A stretch of DNA of 64,000 bases from a virus. Taxonomy: Duplodnaviria; Caudoviricetes. The translations under genes and the position numbers were made by a program. Shown piece after piece: positions 18,082-25,962 of the stretch (positions are counted from its first letter, which is position 1; each line of letters starts with the position of its first letter). Under the pieces are notes generated by a model. That model searched no databases. It had not been told where the DNA came from and was given only the letters and a program-made list of their open reading frames with translations. The stretch lies in the IMG/VR virus record IMGVR_UViG_3300029267_004155. One strand, 5' to 3'.

Positions 18082-18711
18082 ATGGACGTGGAAAGCGAGA
18101 CGGCGAGGCGGAGGGCGGACCTGGACCGGAGGCTGGCTGAGAACGCGTTGCTGGAGCGCCAGGCCAGCGAGGCCGATGACAGGATGATCGAGGTCGTCTC
18201 CAGCCTGGAGGTGGGGCAGCAGGCCCTGGTCTTCCTGGAGCGTGTGGCCAACGCCAGGCGCGGGGCCATGAAGGGCAAGATCGAGACGGTCGTGACGGAG
18301 GCGCTGAGGCTCATCTACGGGCCGGACTACTCCGTCGAGCTGACCTACTGCATGAAGAACAATCGTTCCAACCTGGACGTGGAGCTCGTCAGGAAGACCG
18401 CGGTCGGCGAGGTCAGGCGCGGCCTTGGCGGCTTCGGGGGAGGCGTGGCTGACACGATCAGCGTCCCCATGCGCCTCATGGTCCTGATCGGCTCCAGGCA
18501 GACGGACCGGGTGTGCGCGCTGGACGAGTGCTGGAAGCACATAGACCCCGACAGGGTCGAGCTCGTGGCCCAGTTCCTGAGGGCGCTGTCGGACAGGCTC
18601 GGGGTGCAGCTCCTCATTAGCTCGCATCACGAGAGGATGGTGGACGTGGCCGACCGGGCCTACCACGTGACGGAGGAAGATGGTCGTTCGATAGTTGGCA
18701 GGGTAACGTGA
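18082..18711 (+). CDS. SbcC/Rad50-like ABC ATPase, C-terminal half
   Basis: Coiled coil, FGGG signature, Walker B ALDE, H-loop ISSH; no Walker A. Confidence 0.75.
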   Translation: MDVESETARRRADLDRRLAENALLERQASEADDRMIEVVSSLEVGQQALVFLERVANARRGAMKGKIETVVTEALRLIYGPDYSVELTYCMKNNRSNLDVELVRKTAVGEVRRGLGGFGGGVADTISVPMRLMVLIGSRQTDRVCALDECWKHIDPDRVELVAQFLRALSDRLGVQLLISSHHERMVDVADRAYHVTEEDGRSIVGRVT

Positions 18712-18726
18712 GAAGGAGACGGGAAG

Positions 18727-19248
18727 ATGGCTAGGCAGATAGAGGCGTCGGAGGCGCTCGTGGCGGTCGCGGACGAGGCTGCGCGGGTGAACAACAGGCT
18801 GACCGAGCTGACGGCCCAGGACAAGGGCTACAAGCTCAAGATCGTCGAGGGCGTCAAGGGGATGTTCGAGAAGGGGGAGAAGTCCGTCGTCGTCCGGGGG
18901 ACGGAGGCCGACGTGATGGTGACCGCCTCCGACAAGGTGACGATCCTGGTCGGCGAGCCGGTCTTCGAGGAGCTTGTCAGGCCGGCCATCGACTCGGGCC
19001 TCCTGGACCTGGTCGACGCGAAGAGGAGGCTCGTCGTGGCCCCGGGGGACGTGCAGAGGGCCGCGGACGCCCTGGAGGCTGCCGGCATCGGGGCGAGCAT
19101 CGAGGTGGCCTACTCCGCCAAGGCGGCGGACCTGGACGGCCCGGGGTCCAGGACCGGCGAGGTGGAGCATGACAAGGCTGCCGAGGCGCTGGACAGGGTG
19201 GTGAGGACGAGCCGGGACTACAGGGTCTCGTTCAAGTGGAGGGGCTGA
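18727..19248 (+). CDS. hypothetical protein
   Basis: AAGGAG RBS. Confidence 0.75.
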   Translation: MARQIEASEALVAVADEAARVNNRLTELTAQDKGYKLKIVEGVKGMFEKGEKSVVVRGTEADVMVTASDKVTILVGEPVFEELVRPAIDSGLLDLVDAKRRLVVAPGDVQRAADALEAAGIGASIEVAYSAKAADLDGPGSRTGEVEHDKAAEALDRVVRTSRDYRVSFKWRG

Positions 19249-19249
19249 C

Positions 19250-21826
19250 ATGGGGAAAGACAAAGATCAAGAGCAGGACCTCTCGTACGAGGGCTGCTAC
19301 GGGCCGAAGCTGAGCTACTCCGAGCTCGACGACTTCCTGGCCGAGTCGTTCAGCCTGAACTACGAGATCAAGAACGATCGGGACCGGTTCTCCACCTGCG
19401 TGTGGGGTCATTCCGGTGTCGGAAAGTGCATTGCTGGGGAGTCTCTCGTCGTGACTGACGACGGGATGGTGGAGATAGCCGAGTGCTGTGACGGCCTGGG
19501 GGACGACTCCACAAGGGGGGTTGTCGACCTTAGGGTTCACACTCCGAACCGAAGCGACCCGATGCAGCAGGTAGCTTTTGTGTATCATGCCGGTTTGAAG
19601 GATGCCATCGGGATCAGGACGAGCAATGGGAGGGAGATCGTTGGCAGCCTGGAGCATCCGGTGAAGGTGCTGACGGAATCGGGGTTCAAATGGAAGAACC
19701 TGCCCGAACTGGAGATCGGCGATTTTGTCGTTGTCGATTTTGTCAGGGTCGATGCGCCCGACATGGGGCTTCCTTCCCTTGGCGACCTCGGGAGATATTG
19801 CATCCGTGATTTTGTGGTGCCATCGAGGATGACGCCCGACTTGGCCTTCGTGCTCGGGGCTCTCGTTGGGGAGGGGGCACAGGGCTCTCGTTATGTGGTC
19901 AAGTTCTCGCAGCATGAGTCTCGTCCGCTCGGGGACGCCTACTGTCTGAGATTTGAAAAAGTGTTTGGGCTCCGGCCTGTTCGATCTTCCCACAAGGGGG
20001 ATGGCAATTTCGACTACTCTGTGAACAGGACGGCGATCAGGAGGTGGCTGGCCGAGATAGGTCTTGACTATGCGGGAAGCGACGATGTGCGCGTTCCCTA
20101 TTCCGTCATGCGGTCCTCGAAACGTAGCCAGTTGGGGTTTCTGAAGGCGCTCGTGGAGGCCGGGGGCTCCAACGAGTTGCATGGAATCTCGATAGGGTCG
20201 AACTCGAAGAGGATGCTGGAGCAGGTGCAGTTCATGCTTCTGCGTTTCGGCGTGATGGCCTCTCTCAGAAGGAAGACGAAGAAGGCGTGGAGGCTGAACG
20301 TTACCGGAGAGGACGCGAGGGCCTTCAATGAGGTTGTCGGCTTCTCCAGGGCCGCGGGTGAATGGCTTGATCGTTCATCCAATCCGAACAAGGATGGTGT
20401 CCCCTCCTGTTGGGCGTGGGGGTTCCTTCGGGCCATGAAGGATTCGCACCTGGCGAATGGTGGCCATGTCGGGAAGAAGGCCGTCCACTCCTGTCCGCTG
20501 AACAGCATCTATGGCGAGGGCCTCAAGAAGAGGCGAAAGGTGTGGAGCAGGGAGAAGGTTGAGAGGATTGCTGCCGTCCTGGATGCCGCCGACGAGTCGT
20601 ACAGGACGCTTCTGGACTATGTGATGGCTTATAGGTACGAGACAGTGGAGGAGACCTGGGATGCTGGTCGCATTCCCCTCTTCGATCTGTGCGTGCCGAA
20701 TGGTCATGAGTTCGTGGCTAATGGGATCGTGGTTCACAATTCTGGTAAGATCGACCAGTTCCGGAAGGTGCCGGTCAAGTGGGAGGGCGACGACTACGAG
20801 GGCTACGACGTCAGGCATGTCCCCATCGCGCAGTTCGAGGAGATGGGCGACCTGCACGGGCTCCCCGACAAGCACGTCCTGATTCGCAGGAATCACGGCA
20901 GGAACGATGAGCTGTGGGTGCCGATGGAAGTGGCCAAGGGCTACGTCAACGACGGGTGGGACGTCGATCACACGGCGGGCGTCAGGACAATGTACGCGCC
21001 TCCGGACTGGGTGCCTCACCGGCCGGGGCCGTCGATCCTCCACCTGGAGGACTGGAACCGGGCGAGCGGCCGCATCGTCAAGGGGATCATGCAGCTGATG
21101 CAGACCTACGGGATGATGAGCTGGAGGCTGCCGCCTGGCTGCAACATAGTGATGTCGGCCAACCCGGACGAGCAGGAGTACCTCGTGACGACCATCGACA
21201 AGGCGATCCTGACCAGGTTCCGCAGCGCGACCCTGAGGCACGACGCCAAGGAGTGGGCGGTCTGGGCCGACGCCCAGGGGCTCGACCCACGGGGGATCAA
21301 CTACGTCCTGTCCTACCCCGAGATGATGGTCGGGGGCGAGAGGACGATGCCGCGGACGCTGTCGGACTTCTTCCGGTACTCAAAGAGGGTGCCGAGCCTG
21401 AAGGGCAAGGAGTCGGTCGCGCGTCTCAGGAGGATGGCCCAGGCGCTCCTGGACGACGTCACGGTCCATTCCATCCTGACCTTCTTCCAGAGGGACGTGG
21501 AGATGGCCGTCGAGCCGGAGCGGATACTGCTCGGGGACGAGTCGGCCTTCAAGCACGTCAAGGACCTCATGACCAGGAGGGAGAAGAGGATCGACGTGGT
21601 CGGGGTCATCTCCAGCCGGCTCTTCGCCAGGCTGGCCAACCCCGAGTGCGAGCAGACGGCGTCGGCAGTTGCCAACGTCCAGCGCTTCCTGACGCTGCCG
21701 TGCCTGGAGGAGGACATGAGGCATGCCCTCTGCCTCCGCATCAACAGGGTCCGTGACGAGGGGCGCATGGTGCAGTGGATACTCGGGAACGACGAGCTCA
21801 AGGACCTCATCATGAAGGTGGTGTGA
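19250..21826 (+). CDS. MoxR-type AAA+ ATPase containing an intein
   Basis: WGHSGVGK|S Walker A interrupted; LHLED Walker B; SANP; TRF Arg finger. Confidence 0.88.
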   Translation: MGKDKDQEQDLSYEGCYGPKLSYSELDDFLAESFSLNYEIKNDRDRFSTCVWGHSGVGKCIAGESLVVTDDGMVEIAECCDGLGDDSTRGVVDLRVHTPNRSDPMQQVAFVYHAGLKDAIGIRTSNGREIVGSLEHPVKVLTESGFKWKNLPELEIGDFVVVDFVRVDAPDMGLPSLGDLGRYCIRDFVVPSRMTPDLAFVLGALVGEGAQGSRYVVKFSQHESRPLGDAYCLRFEKVFGLRPVRSSHKGDGNFDYSVNRTAIRRWLAEIGLDYAGSDDVRVPYSVMRSSKRSQLGFLKALVEAGGSNELHGISIGSNSKRMLEQVQFMLLRFGVMASLRRKTKKAWRLNVTGEDARAFNEVVGFSRAAGEWLDRSSNPNKDGVPSCWAWGFLRAMKDSHLANGGHVGKKAVHSCPLNSIYGEGLKKRRKVWSREKVERIAAVLDAADESYRTLLDYVMAYRYETVEETWDAGRIPLFDLCVPNGHEFVANGIVVHNSGKIDQFRKVPVKWEGDDYEGYDVRHVPIAQFEEMGDLHGLPDKHVLIRRNHGRNDELWVPMEVAKGYVNDGWDVDHTAGVRTMYAPPDWVPHRPGPSILHLEDWNRASGRIVKGIMQLMQTYGMMSWRLPPGCNIVMSANPDEQEYLVTTIDKAILTRFRSATLRHDAKEWAVWADAQGLDPRGINYVLSYPEMMVGGERTMPRTLSDFFRYSKRVPSLKGKESVARLRRMAQALLDDVTVHSILTFFQRDVEMAVEPERILLGDESAFKHVKDLMTRREKRIDVVGVISSRLFARLANPECEQTASAVANVQRFLTLPCLEEDMRHALCLRINRVRDEGRMVQWILGNDELKDLIMKVV
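19427..20740 (+). mobile_element. intein with LAGLIDADG homing endonuclease (438 aa)
   Basis: Starts CIAGESLV, block B SLEHP, LGALVGEG and LKALVEAGG motifs, ends IVVHN with +1 Ser; lower GC3 than the exteins. Confidence 0.93.
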
Positions 21827-22167
21827 TGGCTAGGCTTGTGGTCATGGCTCAGAGGATGCCCGGGGTCGGGCGCATGTTCGTGCGCGGGACCTTCACCCAG
21901 AAGAAGAACGCGTGGGACTCCATGGTCGGCCTCGTGCCGGACCTGGAGTCCTCCATGGTGGCCTACGACGACGTCGTGGCGACCGAGTCGCCGCTCACCT
22001 ACCGAAGGGTCTGCGACTTGCTGCGGAGGAACGGGAGGGCCGTCGTCGGGCGACCGGGGGGCGACAAGGAGTTCCTGCTGCTGGAGGGCGAGGCGAACGA
22101 GGTGAGGTCCTGGGACGTGAGCGACGGAGGGGCTCCTGTGCCGAACCCGGCGAGGGGGTCGGGGTGA
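21826..22167 (+). CDS. hypothetical protein
   Basis: TGATG coupling. Confidence 0.7.
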   Translation: MARLVVMAQRMPGVGRMFVRGTFTQKKNAWDSMVGLVPDLESSMVAYDDVVATESPLTYRRVCDLLRRNGRAVVGRPGGDKEFLLLEGEANEVRSWDVSDGGAPVPNPARGSG

Positions 22168-22553
22168 GACGGGGCGGCCGCAAGTTGAAGAGGGCCTACG
22201 ACTACGAGACGGGAGAGCTCCTGAGGGATGGCGACAGCTCGTGGCCCGGACGCATCATGTCGATGCGGAGGCATCCGGATCGGCCCATGGTCTACTTCCT
22301 TTGCAGGAACGACCGCGACGAGTGGACCATGATGGTCTCTCTCGCCGACGCGGTCTGCGAGCCGTGGCTGGCTCGCCAGGTTCCCGCTTCCGTCATGGAG
22401 GAGATGCTGTACGACGCCTTCGTCGGCTATGTCCTTCCCACGCCGGTGACGCCCGAGCGGTTCGCCAGGCGGTCGTCCGCGAGGCCGCAGGTGAAGCCGC
22501 AGGCGGTCGCCGTCTCCGAGTCCCTCTGGCTGCCGGCCGTTGACCTCCCTTGA
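22164..22553 (+). CDS. hypothetical protein
   Basis: GTGA coupling; start uncertain. Confidence 0.6.
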   Translation: MRRGGRKLKRAYDYETGELLRDGDSSWPGRIMSMRRHPDRPMVYFLCRNDRDEWTMMVSLADAVCEPWLARQVPASVMEEMLYDAFVGYVLPTPVTPERFARRSSARPQVKPQAVAVSESLWLPAVDLP

Positions 22554-22570
22554 CTTTTTTCGCTGTCCGC

Positions 22571-22607
22571 GTGGAAAATCGCCCTCTTTCGGCAATATGG
22601 GGTGGAG
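22571..22607 (+). promoter_or_regulatory. repeated bipartite motif, copy 5
   Basis: GTGGAAAA-N12-GGCAATATGGGGTGGAG. Confidence 0.8.
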
Positions 22608-22642
22608 CGTGTGACGAGAACGGCCAACACAAGGAGGACGAC

Positions 22643-23107
22643 ATGAGCGACCTGACGCTTGAGGACCTGATCCCCGGGACCATGGCGGCGAGGCTCGATG
22701 GCAAGCTGGCGATCGTGCTGGAGCAGAAGCCTGGCAATCCGAGCAACCCCGTCATTTTCCAGATGGCCGGCAAGGCGCTCGGCGCCCGGTACAAGGGGCC
22801 GGTGGCGGACTTCACGGCCGTCGTGGGGCTCGTCGACATGGATGCGCTGAGGGAGGCCGCGACGACGATGCCGGGTGGCCCTCCGCGGTCCGGCCATGCC
22901 GGGGTCGACGACGACTTCCTGGTTCCCGACAGCCTCAAGGGCATCAAGGTCGGGGACCAGATCAGGATCAGGGGGCGACGCGGGGACGAGGTCGTCACGT
23001 ACGAAGGGTACAACCACCGGCGTCCGAGGTACCCGGTCAGCTTCACGACGGTGTCGGGCCGTCAGATGAAGGGCGGCGTGAGCATCGTTCTCGGGAAGGC
23101 GGGCTGA
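22643..23107 (+). CDS. hypothetical protein
   Basis: AAGGAGG RBS. Confidence 0.75.
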   Translation: MSDLTLEDLIPGTMAARLDGKLAIVLEQKPGNPSNPVIFQMAGKALGARYKGPVADFTAVVGLVDMDALREAATTMPGGPPRSGHAGVDDDFLVPDSLKGIKVGDQIRIRGRRGDEVVTYEGYNHRRPRYPVSFTTVSGRQMKGGVSIVLGKAG

Positions 23108-23511
23108 TGGACGTCATGTCCATGGAGAAGCGGAGCGCGCTCATGTCCCGCATCAAGGGGGTGGACACCAAGCCGGAGAAGGCGGTCCGCTCCCTCCTTC
23201 ACTCCCTCGGGTACAGGTTCCGGCTGCATCGCAGGGACCTTCCGGGGACGCCGGACGTGGTGCTTCCGAGGCATCGGGCGGTGGTGATGGTGAACGGGTG
23301 CTTCTGGCACCGGCACGAGTGCGGGGCGGGCTCCAGGACGCCCAGGTCCAATGTCGAGTTCTGGGAGTCCAAGTTCGAGCGGAACGTGGAGCGCGACGCC
23401 AGGGTGGCGGCCGAGCTCCGGGGGCTCGGGTGGAAGGTGGTGACGGTCTGGGAGTGCGAGTGCCGGGACGTAGAGGCGCTCGCGGCGAGGCTGGAGGGCG
23501 AGATCGGATGA
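23107..23511 (+). CDS. vsr: very short patch repair endonuclease
   Basis: RSALMSRIKGVDTKPE, LPGTPD, GCFWHRH, NVERD and VWEC motifs. Confidence 0.95.
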   Translation: MDVMSMEKRSALMSRIKGVDTKPEKAVRSLLHSLGYRFRLHRRDLPGTPDVVLPRHRAVVMVNGCFWHRHECGAGSRTPRSNVEFWESKFERNVERDARVAAELRGLGWKVVTVWECECRDVEALAARLEGEIG

Positions 23512-24470
23512 TAGGCGGCAGCTCCTACGAGATGGACCTGAGGCGCATGGCGGCCATGCACATGGCGCCGTTGCCCGACATGGTCTTCTTCGAGCCCTCG
23601 GGGGTGTTCGTCGACTGGCTCGTGAGGCTGGCCGGGCGCCGGGAGGTCGTCGACTGCGGCTGCGGCACGGGCGAGCTCGTGAGGCGCGTGGTCGAGGCTG
23701 GCGGGAAGGCCATCGGCCTGGACGTAGCCGACAGGGAGGGTCAGGTGGTGGACGTCGTGCCGATCGACGCGACGGCCTTCCCCTTCACGAGCCGGCACGT
23801 GGCCGTGTTGGCGAGGCCATCCCGCGGGGAGTGGATCAGGGAGGTGATCGAGAAGGCGCACGAGGCGGGGGCCGACGTGGTCTACGTCGGGTTGCCGAAG
23901 CACCATGCCGAGGATGTCGGCGACCTTGAAGGCGTAGAGTGTGTGATGACGGACGCGGGCCGCGACGGCGAGAGCGTCTACCTGCTGAGAGGAGGTCGGG
24001 AGATGGGCAAGACAAGGTTCGTGCTTCTGAAGTGGATGAAGGGCTTCTGCGGTCCGGGCACCTTCATGGGGCCCTGCTGGTTCGAGGACGGCGTTTCTCG
24101 GTGGGTCAACCATTCGGGGGGTGGCTTCGAGAAGAGTCCGGACAAGGAGGAGATTGTTGACGAGTGCCATGCTGAGGACATCTTTGAGCTCGACTGGACC
24201 AGGACGACCTACAACCGGCCGGACTCCGAGATCGGCTGGCTCGCCCCGGACGGCAGGTGGCACGGCTGCGGCAGCCAGGACCACGACTTCGTGGCGGAGA
24301 TGATCCTCAAGATGCCGACGCGGGAGGCCGAGAAGACCCATGTCCGTGTCGACGGGCCGCGTTGTGTGGAGATGGGCGGGCCTGGCTGGAGGTTCCAGGG
24401 CCGTCGGCTGACGGCCGAGCAGAGGAACTGGCTCTCCCTCAGGGGCTACAAGGTGGAGGACTTCGACTGA
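23508..24470 (+). CDS. SAM-methyltransferase-like domain fused to an unknown domain
   Basis: VVDCGCGTG motif I; internal GGAGG plus ATG at 24003. Confidence 0.65.
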   Translation: MIGGSSYEMDLRRMAAMHMAPLPDMVFFEPSGVFVDWLVRLAGRREVVDCGCGTGELVRRVVEAGGKAIGLDVADREGQVVDVVPIDATAFPFTSRHVAVLARPSRGEWIREVIEKAHEAGADVVYVGLPKHHAEDVGDLEGVECVMTDAGRDGESVYLLRGGREMGKTRFVLLKWMKGFCGPGTFMGPCWFEDGVSRWVNHSGGGFEKSPDKEEIVDECHAEDIFELDWTRTTYNRPDSEIGWLAPDGRWHGCGSQDHDFVAEMILKMPTREAEKTHVRVDGPRCVEMGGPGWRFQGRRLTAEQRNWLSLRGYKVEDFD

Positions 24471-24651
24471 TGGAGAGGGAACGGATAGAGGCTCAGGTGC
24501 GGGAGTTCCTGAATGGCCACTACAACGATGCCACGGCTCCGGCACAGGATGCGTTCGAGGACGAGCTGCTCGATATCGCTGACGAGGCGGAAGAGCTAGG
24601 TTCGTTTGAGGCGTGGAGGCAGAAGTATGGTCAACAGCAGGCGGTGAGGCT

Positions 24652-25155
24652 ATGACGAGGCGCAGTCCGACGCTGGGGTTCGGAAGGTATGGCAGCCAGA
24701 CCTGGGGTTGCGTGCCGGTGAGCTACCTTCGGTGGATGGTGTCGGTGGGCCACGAGAAGGCCGAGCACGCCAAGGAGGAGCTGGACAGGCGAGGCACGGT
24801 GATCCCGGAGGTGGAGGTGTCGGGCCATGCGATCGACAGGGCCTCGCAGAGGTGTCTGGACGTGTGGCGCGGCGACTTGGCCAACCCGAACGAGGGGTTG
24901 CACGCGTGGCTCTCCAGGGTTGCCAAGGAGGCCCTGGACAGGAACCAGGTCGACGCGAAGGGCCGCTTCTACCACAAGGGCTGCTGGTGGGCGATCGACA
25001 CGGGCTTGGCGATCCCGGTGCTCAAGAGCGTCGTGAGGCGGTCGAAGGGCCAGGGCCCGGGCTGCGCCGGCGCCCGGTCGCCGGCGTCCTGCCGGCACGA
25101 CCGGCGCGAGGGGCATGTGACCGAGGCTGATCGACAGACATGGATGAGGTTGTGA
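24652..25155 (+). CDS. hypothetical protein (FGRY...VPVSYLRW motif)
   Basis: ATGA coupling. Confidence 0.65.
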   Translation: MTRRSPTLGFGRYGSQTWGCVPVSYLRWMVSVGHEKAEHAKEELDRRGTVIPEVEVSGHAIDRASQRCLDVWRGDLANPNEGLHAWLSRVAKEALDRNQVDAKGRFYHKGCWWAIDTGLAIPVLKSVVRRSKGQGPGCAGARSPASCRHDRREGHVTEADRQTWMRL

Positions 25156-25156
25156 C

Positions 25157-25444
25157 ATGAAGTTCAAGGTGGGCGACAAGGTGAGGCTGCGGAGACCAAT
25201 GAGGCCGTACTACTCCGGCTATTCCGGCAACCCGGACGTGACGGTCGAAGTCGAGCGGGTCGGCGTCGTGGCCTCCGTCGACGTGCCGGCGGTCCATCCG
25301 ACGAGAGATGGCAGGACGAGGATGTTCAACTGCGTCGACTTCAGGATTCCCGGGGTCTTCCAGGGGGACCCGCGCCATGGCCATTGCGTCTGGCGCGTCG
25401 CGGCTGGGAACGGGGACCTGTGTCTGGTCCCTGGGGGAGGGTGA
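25157..25444 (+). CDS. hypothetical protein (KFKVGDKV, SH3/KOW-like)
   Basis: GAGG RBS. Confidence 0.7.
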   Translation: MKFKVGDKVRLRRPMRPYYSGYSGNPDVTVEVERVGVVASVDVPAVHPTRDGRTRMFNCVDFRIPGVFQGDPRHGHCVWRVAAGNGDLCLVPGGG

Positions 25445-25445
25445 C

Positions 25446-25907
25446 ATGCTTGCCATCGTGGAGTTTGGCGATTTCGGGGACGTGAAGAGGAGCAACCGCG
25501 TCCTCTTCCGGGATGTGGTTAACGACGCCGTCGTTGGGCCGTGGGTGATCGACTGGGTGCCCGATGCAGACCCTCCGCTCCGGGAGCACAGCATCACGGG
25601 GCTGCGGGAGTGGATGGCCTGCGTGGGCGACTACGACTCGGAGAAGCTGGAGGGGCCGCTGCTGCCATTCGACGAGCACCTGTGGAACTACGGGCTCCGG
25701 ATGCAGTTCTGGGTCCCGTCGCTGGCCGACCTGGAACTGCCGGCGAATGAGGGACGGGTGACTGCGACCTGCCTTGACGCGACTGGCCGGGACTGGCTGG
25801 AGGAGGGCAAGGAGTATCTCGTCCGGGGGATGAGGGACGGCATGGTGACGGTCCTGGTATCCGGGGATGAGCGCGAGTGCATGGCGGATAGGTTTCGGAT
25901 AGCGTGA
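25446..25907 (+). CDS. hypothetical protein with C-terminal SH3-like module
   Basis: GGAGG RBS; shared module. Confidence 0.75.
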   Translation: MLAIVEFGDFGDVKRSNRVLFRDVVNDAVVGPWVIDWVPDADPPLREHSITGLREWMACVGDYDSEKLEGPLLPFDEHLWNYGLRMQFWVPSLADLELPANEGRVTATCLDATGRDWLEEGKEYLVRGMRDGMVTVLVSGDERECMADRFRIA

Positions 25908-25944
25908 GTGGAAAACGTCGCTCGTTTGGCAATATGGGGGTGGA
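25908..25944 (+). promoter_or_regulatory. repeated bipartite motif, copy 6
   Basis: GTGGAAAA-N12-GGCAATATGGGGGTGGA. Confidence 0.8.
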
Positions 25945-25962
25945 CGAGCAAGGAGATGGACG

